From Candidatus Hodarchaeota archaeon (GTDB lineage Archaea; Asgardarchaeota; Lokiarchaeia; Sigyniarchaeales; SOKP01), in assembly GCA_048887225.1 (NCBI GenBank), contig JBHLJY010000002.1, positions 320,001 to 384,000 of the forward strand: a stretch of DNA of 64,000 nucleotides, in the 5' to 3' direction. The notes beneath the pieces were generated by a model that made no database searches, was not told the origin of the DNA, and was given only the letters and a program-made list of their open reading frames with translations. This document shows positions 31,091-41,149 of this stretch, in pieces. Position 1 is the stretch's first letter, and the number at the start of each line of letters is the position of its first letter. A program made the translations under genes and the position numbers.

Positions 31091-31836
31091 AAAATATGTT
31101 AAAATTTATTATAAAGCTTTTAAGATTTCGGATTGAAAATCTTACTATCTTCTTTGGTTTTCATTCATTAAAAATATATGAATTTAAAGAGCTCTTTAGA
31201 GATGTTGAAATTAAAAATAGTGATATAATTCTAGATTTTGGATGTGGAAATGGTTTTGAAACGTTGTTAGTGGGAAAAAAATGTAAAAAAATCTATGGAA
31301 TTGACATTTTTAAGGAAAATTTGGATAAAGCAAAAGAAAGATCTTTTTTTTTACGTGGAAAAATAAATAGTTATTTTAAATTGACGAGACTAGAAGACGC
31401 TAAATTTAAATCTGAAACATTTGATAAAATAATTAGTATATGCGTGTTAGAACATATTAAAAACTATATTGATGTTTTAAAAGAAATATATAGAATTCTG
31501 AAGAAAGGAGGGCAAATATTTTTTTCAGTGGATTCCTTGGAGACAATTGATGATTTGAATTTTCTTAAATTCCATAAAAGAAGCCAAAATGTTGAACAAT
31601 ATTTTAATGAGCAAAAGTTGAGAGATTTGCTTATGAAAATTGGGTTTAAGAATATTAAAATATATCCTATCTGTAGAAGCGAATTTATTAAAAAGAGATT
31701 TATTAAAATAATAAAAAATATGACAAGATTAGATAATATCATCTCTATAATGGAATATTTCAAATTGAGAAAAGTAGAATCAAGATATAAAAATTATAAT
31801 AAAGGTTTATTTTTAATATTTGAAGGTAATAAATAA
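31087..31836 (+). CDS. Class I SAM methyltransferase
   Basis: LDFGCGNG, VLEHI, EIYRILKKGG. Confidence 0.85.
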   Translation: MKNMLKFIIKLLRFRIENLTIFFGFHSLKIYEFKELFRDVEIKNSDIILDFGCGNGFETLLVGKKCKKIYGIDIFKENLDKAKERSFFLRGKINSYFKLTRLEDAKFKSETFDKIISICVLEHIKNYIDVLKEIYRILKKGGQIFFSVDSLETIDDLNFLKFHKRSQNVEQYFNEQKLRDLLMKIGFKNIKIYPICRSEFIKKRFIKIIKNMTRLDNIISIMEYFKLRKVESRYKNYNKGLFLIFEGNK

Positions 31837-31879
31837 ATCTAAATTATGGTTAAATTCCTCAAAATATTAATATTTAATA

Positions 31880-32572
31880 TTAGATTTTTCGAATCAGAGC
31901 TGATCCCCATTTATCTGGGAGTTCAATAATCTTTTCTAGTTTGCCAATAAAAAACTTATTTACTGCTTTATAAACTCCTCGCTCCGATTCATGTGGATTA
32001 TTATAATCATGAATAAAAATATATCCACCAGGATTTATTCGCGAGTAGAAGAACTCTAGGGCCGCTAAAGTTGGTTCATAGAGATCTAAATCAATCAAAA
32101 CAAACGAAAATTTTTCATTTTCTAAACCTTTTGTAGTTTCTGGAAAAATTCCTTTTTTAATAACAATATTTTCTAAATCACCAATCGTTTTTTTTAATAC
32201 TGTTTCATTAGTATCCTGGAATCTTTTGTCTTCAGTTTTTAGGAATTTTAAAGGAAATCCTTCGAAAGTATCAAAAAGATACAAAGTTTTATATGGGGCA
32301 ATCGAATGGATAATTTTACTTGCATGACCTTTATAAACACCAATTTCAGCAAAACTACCGTTAATTTTTTTTTTAATTATTTTAGTAATAGCTAGAGCAA
32401 TTGTGGCATATCTGATTGGATCTTCATGTGAAATTAAAAATTTATGGATATTATAATCATAAGTAGGATTTTGAATTAAATTCTTTGATAACGAATTAGA
32501 AATATATCTTATTTTATTAATTATGAATTTAATAATTTTATTTTCTTTAAGATTATCAAATAATTTTGGCAT
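31880..32572 (-). CDS. TylF/MycF/NovP-family sugar O-methyltransferase
   Basis: EIGVYKG, FDTFEG, GIFPET, IDLDLYEPT, HDY. Confidence 0.9.
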   Translation of the reverse strand: MPKLFDNLKENKIIKFIINKIRYISNSLSKNLIQNPTYDYNIHKFLISHEDPIRYATIALAITKIIKKKINGSFAEIGVYKGHASKIIHSIAPYKTLYLFDTFEGFPLKFLKTEDKRFQDTNETVLKKTIGDLENIVIKKGIFPETTKGLENEKFSFVLIDLDLYEPTLAALEFFYSRINPGGYIFIHDYNNPHESERGVYKAVNKFFIGKLEKIIELPDKWGSALIRKI

Positions 32573-32804
32573 CTAAAATCTAGTTTGTTTTTTTAATATT
32601 TCAATTAAATGGCTGTTTTATATGCCATATTTCTCATAAACTATTCAATAAATTAAAATTTAAATTTAAATTTTAGTAGATATCATTTTATAGAATTAAT
32701 TAGTCTAATATTTAATTATCAAAAATTTCAAAGTATTTTTGAATGATCTTTTTTAAAAACCTAATATAAAAATTAAATTTTACAAATTATTTTACTTAAA
32801 TGAA

Positions 32805-33974
32805 ATGAATGTTTTAATTATTTATCCTAATGGTAATGCTTTAAATCCTCATTCTGGTGCAGAAACAAGAATATGGACTCTCAACTATGCTTTAATAAAT
32901 CGCAATTTTGAAGTTTTAGTATTACATTCATTGAATTCAAAAGGTTTTGAAGATAATGAATTAAAAAAAAAGTGTAAAGTATTTTACAATAAACCATTAG
33001 GGAATTTCAGCTTTTATCTTTCAGATTTAAATCCTTTCTATATTATTAAATTATTTCAAATAATTCATAAATATAATGTTGAGATTATCCAATTGGAGTT
33101 TCCATGGGGTTTTATTACGGCTAAATTTTTAGCAAAAAAAAAAACAAAGTTAATTTATGATTCACAAGGGATTGAAAGTGAATTTATGAAAAATGCTGTG
33201 AAAAATCCGAAATTTCCTAAGATTCTCAAACCATTGGCAAAAATATTTGGGTATTTTTACGAAAAACTAGTTTGTAAATTAGCAGATGTGATCATAAATG
33301 TTAGCATGGTCGATAGAGATTATTACATTAAAAATTATAAAATCCCTAAAAGTAAGACGTTTCTGATTCAAACACCTTCTACTTTAAATTTTGAAGGTTC
33401 TAAAAGAACAGAAGCTAATAAAATACAATGTAGAAAAAAATTAAGCTTACCTTTGGATAAAACAATTGTTATATTTCATGGTGGTTTACCACATCCTCCA
33501 AACCAAGAAGCATTTAATCTTATCAATAATTATATATCTCCTAATATAGAAAATCCTGATATTTTATTTGTATTAGCGGGACATAATCTCTCGAAATTTC
33601 GGAAAAATAATATAATAAGTTTAGGATTTGTTGAAAATCTAAAAGATTTTTTGTATATGGCAGATTTCGCTATTGTTCCTTTGCTTAGTGGCAGTGGGAT
33701 GAGAATTAAAATAATGGATTACATAATAACAGCATTACCTTTTATAACAACAAAGAATGGGATTGAAGGTATTGATTTTGTTAAAAGAGATAGAGATTTT
33801 TTATTATATGACACTGTAAATGAAAGTTTTTTAGAAGGAATTAGATTATTGCATAATGATAAAAAATTAAGACAAAAATTGCATGAAAATCTATTAAAAG
33901 AAGGAAATACACTAAATCGCAGCAAATTTGAGTATAAATTTTTCAAATTATATTCAAGGATTAAAGAACTCTAG
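32805..33974 (+). CDS. GT4 family glycosyltransferase
   Basis: SGAETR, H.PN, PLLSGSGMRIKIMDY...G.EG. Confidence 0.85.
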   Translation: MNVLIIYPNGNALNPHSGAETRIWTLNYALINRNFEVLVLHSLNSKGFEDNELKKKCKVFYNKPLGNFSFYLSDLNPFYIIKLFQIIHKYNVEIIQLEFPWGFITAKFLAKKKTKLIYDSQGIESEFMKNAVKNPKFPKILKPLAKIFGYFYEKLVCKLADVIINVSMVDRDYYIKNYKIPKSKTFLIQTPSTLNFEGSKRTEANKIQCRKKLSLPLDKTIVIFHGGLPHPPNQEAFNLINNYISPNIENPDILFVLAGHNLSKFRKNNIISLGFVENLKDFLYMADFAIVPLLSGSGMRIKIMDYIITALPFITTKNGIEGIDFVKRDRDFLLYDTVNESFLEGIRLLHNDKKLRQKLHENLLKEGNTLNRSKFEYKFFKLYSRIKEL

Positions 33975-33998
33975 AAAACGACCCGGAACTAGCTTAAC

Positions 33999-34778
33999 TC
34001 ACCGTTTTTTAAAAAGAACTTCAATCGAAGAAACTATTAGATTATCGAAATTCGTTGTTTTACTTTTAAAACATGACGGATATTGACTTATTAACTTAAT
34101 GTGCGATATATCGTAATTTTCATTATATTTCATTATCCTTAATTTGTCTAAGTGTTTTTTCCATAAAGAGCGAAAATCCTCCGTGGACCATTCATTTAAG
34201 GAGAGATCTTCAGGAAGAGGTCTCATTCCTTTTAATGTATGTGAAAATCTTCTCATTAAATCAATAGGAAAAAGATATTGACAATAAGGAACTGTAATTG
34301 ATTTAATAGCATGCATTCCATAAGGTGATGTAAAAGGCAATGAGAAAGCAATATATATGTAGCCTCCTTTTCTAACAACTCGAACAGACTCCTCTAAAAC
34401 TTTATTAGGTTTTGGGAAATGTTCAAAGCAGTCAAAGGTAAACACAAAATCAAAACTTTCATCCTCAAATCTGAGATTTGATGCGTCCATTTTAATTAAA
34501 GTTCCTTCCTCTTTTAATGCTCTCTTATCGAAGTACTTATCATTAATGTCTATGCCAATTGCTTTTTTACCCATAGAATTTAAATAATAACACACCATAC
34601 CATCATTGCATCCTAATTCTAAGAACTTTTTATATTTTAGATTATCTTTTTTTATCATTTTCATTATCTTTATTGCTTTATCCCTTCCTTTCTTGATTAA
34701 GGCATTTGTTTTCTTACTCTTTTTCTTTCTAATCAATGGTCGAGGATATTTATTCTGAAGTCTTATCAAGTCATCCAA
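33999..34778 (-). CDS. Class I SAM methyltransferase (true start may lie upstream)
   Basis: LELGCNDG, MDA, FEHF, RVVRKGG. The frame stays open more than 230 nt upstream of the annotated TTG. Confidence 0.85.
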   Translation of the reverse strand: MDDLIRLQNKYPRPLIRKKKSKKTNALIKKGRDKAIKIMKMIKKDNLKYKKFLELGCNDGMVCYYLNSMGKKAIGIDINDKYFDKRALKEEGTLIKMDASNLRFEDESFDFVFTFDCFEHFPKPNKVLEESVRVVRKGGYIYIAFSLPFTSPYGMHAIKSITVPYCQYLFPIDLMRRFSHTLKGMRPLPEDLSLNEWSTEDFRSLWKKHLDKLRIMKYNENYDISHIKLISQYPSCFKSKTTNFDNLIVSSIEVLFKKR

Positions 34779-35005
34779 TTCAAGCCACTGAGGTGTTGAT
34801 GGAGCATTGTTAAAAATTTTTTTAGTTTTTTTCAGCTTTGATGCTGAGAAAATAATTGATAGGTGTGAATAAGTTTTTAGAAATTTGAATATAATCTGAT
34901 CAGAAAAAATACTGTATATAATGTATCTTAATCTGGGAAATAATTGCTCCGTTTTTAGAGGCCTCTTTATTTTATTTTGATCTTTTACGAATAAATAATA
35001 ATCTT

Positions 35006-35722
35006 TTAAGTTTTTGATAAAAAGTAAAGTAATCCATAAGAAAAAGTTAAGGGAAAACCTGAAAAAGGATAGGTTCTATAATATTCGACTTTAAATTTTT
35101 TTTTAATTAATTTATCAAACATTTGCACTGAAGATATTGCCCCTTTCCAATGATCATTACAGACTAAACGTTTTGAAACTCTCGCATATATCATTCTCGC
35201 ATATTGCAATATGATTGATTCTACTGGAATTGTGATGATAAATTTACCATTTTTTTTTAATACTCTCTCAATCTCATCAAGTGCTGGCTTTAAGTTTCTT
35301 ACATGTTCCATCACATCCAACGCAACGATTAAATCGAAAAAATCATCTGGAAAACCTGATTTTGTTTCTATATTATGCGTTATTATTTCAAAATTTTGAT
35401 TAAATTTTTTGAAAATTCTTTTTATATAATCATTTTGCCACTCTTCCAATATATCTATGCCATTAATTCTTACGCCAGGATTATTTATCCCAATATTTAA
35501 TGAAAAAAATCCTATCCCACATCCAATATCTAAAATATTGTCCAGCTTAATCCTATGATTTGCTTTTAGTTTCAAGATTAACTTAATTATTTTTTTTAGT
35601 CTATTCCAAAAAAATTTTCCAAATAATGGGACATAATATGGACTTATACTCGACCAAAAATAATACTCTTTTGGGATATATCTATTCAGTTCTTTTGGTG
35701 TGATAAATTTAATAGATCTCAT
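35006..35722 (-). CDS. Class I SAM methyltransferase
   Basis: LDIGCGIG, DVMEHV, EIERVLKKNG. Confidence 0.85.
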   Translation of the reverse strand: MRSIKFITPKELNRYIPKEYYFWSSISPYYVPLFGKFFWNRLKKIIKLILKLKANHRIKLDNILDIGCGIGFFSLNIGINNPGVRINGIDILEEWQNDYIKRIFKKFNQNFEIITHNIETKSGFPDDFFDLIVALDVMEHVRNLKPALDEIERVLKKNGKFIITIPVESIILQYARMIYARVSKRLVCNDHWKGAISSVQMFDKLIKKKFKVEYYRTYPFSGFPLTFSYGLLYFLSKT

Positions 35723-35743
35723 CTCTAAAATTAAAATTCAAAA

Positions 35744-37171
35744 CTAAATTAAGCTTATTGACTCTGATTTTTTCAAAAAAGTATAAAAAACTGGCAGTAG
35801 TAATCTCAAATTTCTAATTAAGGTTTTAAGTGAATAAAACCACCATTTAGGGTAAAATCGTAGCATTTTCATAAAATTTTCTCTTACCTGCCAAAGATCA
35901 AGATCATATGGTTCATAGTTAATAAGCTTTCTATGAGGTCTTGTTAGCTTTTTTTTCCAATCTAAATCCTCTATTATCCAATTGTTTTCCATAGCAATTT
36001 TTACAAATTTAGTGTTTTCTAAAGGTTGCAATACGCTTACTTGAACAAAATCTGGAATTGTCTCTCTTATAAAAATCTCGGTCTCTTTTAACGTTTTATA
36101 AGTTTCTCCTATATAACCTAAGAGTAAATTTAATTGAACGGGAATATTTGCTTTTCGAGTCAATTTTAAAGTCTGTTTTGCTTTTTCAAGTGATATGTTT
36201 TTGTTCATCAATTTTAATATCTTTTCACTTCCAGTTTCAACACCGTAAGATATTCCAATACAACCTGCCTTTCTCATTAACTTTAAAAGGTCCATATCAA
36301 CTAAATCAACTCTTGAATCACAGAACCATTTGATCTTCAAATTTCCCTCAATTAAATTTTTACAAATCTTAATTGTTCTCTTACGATTAATAGTAAAAAT
36401 TTCATCAAAAAACCAAATATATTTTACATTAGCCAGACTTTTTAGTAGTCTTAATTCTTCTATTATTTTTTCTCCTGATTTTCCACTATATTTTGTATTG
36501 GCAGCGGGACAATATGTACAACCAAAAGGACAACCTTTTCCAGCATAGACTAAAGCATAAGGGCCAAAAAAAGGAGAATAAATATAATAAGGCTTGAACG
36601 ATTTCAATAAATCGTATGCTGGTAATGGTAAATCATTAATTTTTTTTCTTTTATTCAAATCTTCTGTAACGATAGGGAGATTATTTTTATCCCTAAATAC
36701 TATTCCCCTTAGATTAGATAAATCATTATTATTGCTTATACAGTCTATTAAGTCCTCTATTATGGAAAATGGGTCATCAATCATTAAAATATCCAAATTT
36801 TTATATTCCCGAATAATTTCTTTTCCATAATTTCTTCCATACCATGAATAACCAATAGTAATACATTTTGGATTTAACTCCTTAATTATATTACATAGTT
36901 CTAAATCATAATCGATTATTTGAGAGTTAAATGTAAAGATTAAACAATCAAAATTTCGAGTTTTTAATAAATTTGAAAGCATTTCATAATTAATATTTAT
37001 TCCATTTGCATCAATAAACTTAATTTGATAATTTTTTTCTCTCAATAATGAAGCTATTATTAACAGAGTTGCGGGGGTATCAACGCGATAATTCATAATT
37101 AATTCGCAACGTTGTTCTCTTGTAACTGAAGAATTGTCGTATCTGGGAGGATTAATAATCAGTATTCTCAT
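35744..37171 (-). CDS. Cobalamin-binding radical SAM protein
   Basis: ILIINPP B12-like N-domain, KGCPFGCTYC, GVETGS. Confidence 0.9.
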   Translation of the reverse strand: MRILIINPPRYDNSSVTREQRCELIMNYRVDTPATLLIIASLLREKNYQIKFIDANGININYEMLSNLLKTRNFDCLIFTFNSQIIDYDLELCNIIKELNPKCITIGYSWYGRNYGKEIIREYKNLDILMIDDPFSIIEDLIDCISNNNDLSNLRGIVFRDKNNLPIVTEDLNKRKKINDLPLPAYDLLKSFKPYYIYSPFFGPYALVYAGKGCPFGCTYCPAANTKYSGKSGEKIIEELRLLKSLANVKYIWFFDEIFTINRKRTIKICKNLIEGNLKIKWFCDSRVDLVDMDLLKLMRKAGCIGISYGVETGSEKILKLMNKNISLEKAKQTLKLTRKANIPVQLNLLLGYIGETYKTLKETEIFIRETIPDFVQVSVLQPLENTKFVKIAMENNWIIEDLDWKKKLTRPHRKLINYEPYDLDLWQVRENFMKMLRFYPKWWFYSLKTLIRNLRLLLPVFYTFLKKSESISLI

Positions 37172-37446
37172 TTTATTAAAAAAACATCATTAAATTTTTG
37201 ATTTTGTCTATATCACGTATATTATTTAAAATTGAAAATTCTCTAAAATAAAAAGATTTAATTATTTTAATGTATCTCTTAAATTTTTAAATTATTTTTG
37301 AAGTTTATTTTAAAGGAGGATTAATAATTAAGAGATTAAGAGATAAAGATTTTAGCCATAAACAACAAAGCTCTAAAAATAAGATTTAAAAAAAAATAAA
37401 AGATTTAAAATAAACATAAGGATTAAATTTAATTTGGTGAGATAAA

Positions 37447-38193
37447 GTTAAAGGTGTGATTTTAGCTGGGGGGACGGGTTCTAGGTTATCACCACTTACT
37501 AGAGTTACAAATAAACATTTATTACCTGTATATGATGAACCAATGATATATAAAGTTATAAAAACGCTTACTAATTCAGGAATAATAGATATAACTATTG
37601 TTCTAGGAGGAGAAAGTGTAGGGGATTTTATAAAATTACTTGGAGATGGTTCTGAATTCGGAGCTAACTTTAATTATGTGTATCAACAAAGAGCAGGAGG
37701 GATTGCAGAGGCATTATATTTAACGAGAAAAATTGTTAAAGGACATAAAGTAGCAGTCATATTAGGTGATAATATATTTGAAAATAATTTTAAGTCAGAA
37801 ATTGAAGAATTTGATTCATCTGATAAATATGATTGTTGCTTATTTTTAAAAGAAGTTGATGATCCTGTAAGATTTGGTGTTGCTGAGTTAAATGATGACG
37901 GAACTATAAAAAGAATTGAGGAAAAACCAGTAAAACCGAAAAGCAAATATGCTGTAACTGGTTTATATCTATATGATAAAAAAATTTTTGCAATAATTAA
38001 GAAAGTAATAGATGAAATAGGATATTCAAAGAGGAATGAATTAGAAATTACGGATGTGAATAATTATTATGTTAAAAATGCTATAACCAAGGCTATTTTT
38101 GTTAAAGGGTTTTGGTCTGATGCGGGTAAATTCGATACTCTATTGAAATCTAGTAATTTTATTAAATCTCAAATTGACAAAATAAATTTATGA
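37447..38193 (+). CDS. rmlA: Glucose-1-phosphate thymidylyltransferase (short form)
   Basis: (V)KGVILAGGTGSRLSPLT..TNKHLLPVYD, LGDN, EKP, ELEITD, WSDAG. Start is ambiguous (GTT 37447 or GTG 37456). Confidence 0.9.
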   Translation, partial: VKGVILAGGTGSRLSPLTRVTNKHLLPVYDEPMIYKVIKTLTNSGIIDITIVLGGESVGDFIKLLGDGSEFGANFNYVYQQRAGGIAEALYLTRKIVKGHKVAVILGDNIFENNFKSEIEEFDSSDKYDCCLFLKEVDDPVRFGVAELNDDGTIKRIEEKPVKPKSKYAVTGLYLYDKKIFAIIKKVIDEIGYSKRNELEITDVNNYYVKNAITKAIFVKGFWSDAGKFDTLLKSSNFIKSQIDKINL

Positions 38194-38227
38194 TTTCTAA
38201 AGATAGTACTTACATTTTTGAGTTTAT

Positions 38228-39250
38228 ATGAAAATTGTAATGGTTACGGGTGGTATGGGCTTTATTGGAAGTAATTTTATTAGATACATCCTTAAATTAA
38301 ATCAAGATTTTAAAGTAATTAATGTAGATAAACTAACGTATGCCGGAAATCCAGAAAATTTAGAAAATTTTGATACAAGGTATAAAGACACTTATAAATT
38401 CTATAAAACCGATATTTGTGATTTTGATCCAATAGATAACATTGTAAATAAAGAATCTGTTAATTATATCATAAATTTTGCTGCAGAATCACACGTTGAT
38501 AGATCTATTGACAATCCTACAATATTTTGTGAGACAAATATTTTTGGAACTCAAACTTTGTTAAATATAGCAAAAAAAAACATGATAAAGAAATATATTC
38601 AAATATCTACGGATGAGGTATATGGTTCCTTAAATTTTAACGAACCTCCATTTACTGAAAAAACACCATTGTCTCCTAATAGCCCTTACTCCGCGAGTAA
38701 AGCCTCCGCTGATTTAATAGTAAATGCTTATTATGAAACATTTGAACTCCCTATTAACATTACACGATGTTCTAATAATTATGGACCTTTTCAATTTCCT
38801 GAAAAAATGATACCATTAATGCTTAATAATGCAATAAATAATAAAGAACTCCCTATTTATGGAGAGGGCATTAATGTTAGAGACTGGATTTATGTGGAAG
38901 ATCACTGTGCTGCTATTTTAAAAGTTTTATTAGAAGGAAAAGTCGGTGAAATATATAATATTGGCGGAGATTCTGAAATGAAAAATATTGACTTAGTTAA
39001 GAAATTGCTAAATCTATTAAATAAACCAGAGTCATTAATAACATTTGTAAAAGATCGACTTGGTCATGATCTCAGATATGCCATTAATCACGATAAAATC
39101 ACTAAAGAATTAAAATGGAGACCTACAGTAAAATTTGAAGAGGGTTTGAAAGCAACTGTCCAATGGTATTTAGACAATAAAGATTGGTTAAATAATGTCA
39201 TAACAAAAGAGTATTTAAAATATTACGAGAAGCACTATAGCAATAAATAA
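38228..39250 (+). CDS. rmlB: dTDP-glucose 4,6-dehydratase
   Basis: DKLTYAGN, AAESHVDRS, STDEVYG, YSASK, RCSNNYG, GHDLRYA. Confidence 0.95.
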   Translation: MKIVMVTGGMGFIGSNFIRYILKLNQDFKVINVDKLTYAGNPENLENFDTRYKDTYKFYKTDICDFDPIDNIVNKESVNYIINFAAESHVDRSIDNPTIFCETNIFGTQTLLNIAKKNMIKKYIQISTDEVYGSLNFNEPPFTEKTPLSPNSPYSASKASADLIVNAYYETFELPINITRCSNNYGPFQFPEKMIPLMLNNAINNKELPIYGEGINVRDWIYVEDHCAAILKVLLEGKVGEIYNIGGDSEMKNIDLVKKLLNLLNKPESLITFVKDRLGHDLRYAINHDKITKELKWRPTVKFEEGLKATVQWYLDNKDWLNNVITKEYLKYYEKHYSNK

Positions 39251-39300
39251 TAACTCTAAAAATTAAGAAATTAGAAATAAATACTGTCTAAGATAAGAAG

Positions 39301-40206
39301 TTGAAATCAGTTTTAGTTATTGGGGCAAACGGCTTTTTGGGGTCAAATTTTTTACGTCTTAATATTGAAAAGGAAATTCAGAGTAAAAATTTATTTTTTA
39401 TCGCGGCAGATTTATATAATAAGAATATAGACAAATATATTCCATTTTACTTTATAGACATTACAAATCCCGAAGATTGCTTCAAAAAAATTATAAAAAT
39501 TGATCCAGATATAATTTTACTCACAGCAGCGTTAACCGATGTTGACAAAAATGAAACTGAGAAGGATCTTGCTACTAAAATAAACACAGAGGGTCCCAAA
39601 AATGTTTTAAAAGCTTGTGAGAAAATAAATTCAAAATTAATTTTCATGTCCTCTGATTTTGTTTTTGATGGAACTAAAAAAAAAGGATTATATACAGAAG
39701 ATGATATTCCAAATCCTATTTGCCATTATGGAAAAACAAAATATGATGCGGAATTGGCTTTATTGAAATCTAACATTGATTATCTCATTTGTAGAACTGC
39801 TGTATTATATGGATGGAATAAAAACAAGTTGAATTTCATTACCTGGGTGTTAGATAAATTGGATCGCCAAGAGAAGATTTCAATTGTAGCTAATCAAACA
39901 AATAATGCAACTTTTGTAAGAAATCTTGCAGAAATAATAATAAAACTCATAGAAAAAAACGCTAAAGGCATCTATCATACTGCCGGTGATGGTACACTAA
40001 GTAGATACGAAATGGCTTTAAAATGTGCAGAGATTTTCAATTATAACAAAGATTTAATATATCCAATTGATAATTTAAATCAAATTGCAATTAGGCCTAA
40101 AAATACTGGATTAGATATAAGTAAATTGAAAAAGCTATTAGCATCAGACTTAAAAATCTATAGTTTAGAAGATGGATTAAAATACATGAGAGAATTTAGA
40201 ATTTAA
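39301..40206 (+). CDS. rmlD: dTDP-4-dehydrorhamnose reductase
   Basis: GANGFLG, AALTDVD, SSDFVFDG, YGKTK. Confidence 0.9.
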   Translation: MKSVLVIGANGFLGSNFLRLNIEKEIQSKNLFFIAADLYNKNIDKYIPFYFIDITNPEDCFKKIIKIDPDIILLTAALTDVDKNETEKDLATKINTEGPKNVLKACEKINSKLIFMSSDFVFDGTKKKGLYTEDDIPNPICHYGKTKYDAELALLKSNIDYLICRTAVLYGWNKNKLNFITWVLDKLDRQEKISIVANQTNNATFVRNLAEIIIKLIEKNAKGIYHTAGDGTLSRYEMALKCAEIFNYNKDLIYPIDNLNQIAIRPKNTGLDISKLKKLLASDLKIYSLEDGLKYMREFRI

Positions 40207-40248
40207 ATCAAGTTCTTATATCTTAATGGTTAAAAAATTACCTTAATC

Positions 40249-40953
40249 TCACTTTTTCTTTATAAAATAGATAAAAATAACTTTTATCATGATAAAAAGC
40301 GCTACTATGATTAGAGGTGTTCCTAAAAGATAGAATATAATATCTATCTTAATAAATCCCATAATAACGTCAATTGTTCCTAATGTTAGGAGCCATAGTG
40401 CCATAATAAATAACACAAATCTTTTATTTATTTTATTTGATGGATTTAATCTTTGCTTATGTCTAAATGTCCAGAATCTATTTCCTAAAAAATTGATTAA
40501 GAATGCACCGAATATAGCGAAAATTTCTGCTAATAAATAAAATATGCCAAAATACTCTACTAAAATAAAGAGAATAGTTAGATTAACTAATAAAGCAATG
40601 ATACATATAATAGCAAATTTAATTCCTTTCCCCATAACTTTTTCCTGAATATCTTCCTCAAATGTTTCAACCTTATTTAATATATAATTATTTAAGAGTG
40701 CGATCACAAAAGCGAATGTTTCTGAAATAAGATATAATATTCCAAAAATATCTGTTAAAAGATATAAGATCGAAAGGTTAACAAATGTTCCAATTGCCCC
40801 AACGAATGCAAATTTAATTCCTTGTTTAATGAAGGCTTTAGATGTGAATAATTCAAAAGCTCTTTTTAATAGGCTTTCAGATCCTTTCTGATCGTTTTTA
40901 TTTATAGATAATCGTTTTTTCGGGCTTAAATCAATCTGAGTTCTTTCCTTCAT
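40249..40953 (-). CDS. GtrA-family lipid-phosphate-sugar flippase with extra C-terminal TMs
   Basis: KFAFVGAIGTFVN...NNYILNK..TF and NFLGNRFWTF. Confidence 0.85.
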   Translation of the reverse strand: MKERTQIDLSPKKRLSINKNDQKGSESLLKRAFELFTSKAFIKQGIKFAFVGAIGTFVNLSILYLLTDIFGILYLISETFAFVIALLNNYILNKVETFEEDIQEKVMGKGIKFAIICIIALLVNLTILFILVEYFGIFYLLAEIFAIFGAFLINFLGNRFWTFRHKQRLNPSNKINKRFVLFIMALWLLTLGTIDVIMGFIKIDIIFYLLGTPLIIVALFIMIKVIFIYFIKKK

Positions 40954-41149
40954 ATCCTTCTGTCATTAGTAAATTCAAAAATATCAAGATATTTTATATT
41001 TTAATATATAATTTTTATATTTTATGATGGAAAATCCTTTTCCTTTATAATTAAAGAAGATCTAAAATCAGATATTTATCAAATTTTTAAAAATATTTTT
41101 AAGAGGATAATTTAATCTTAATAATGTAGAAAACTCTAGAATAAATCAA

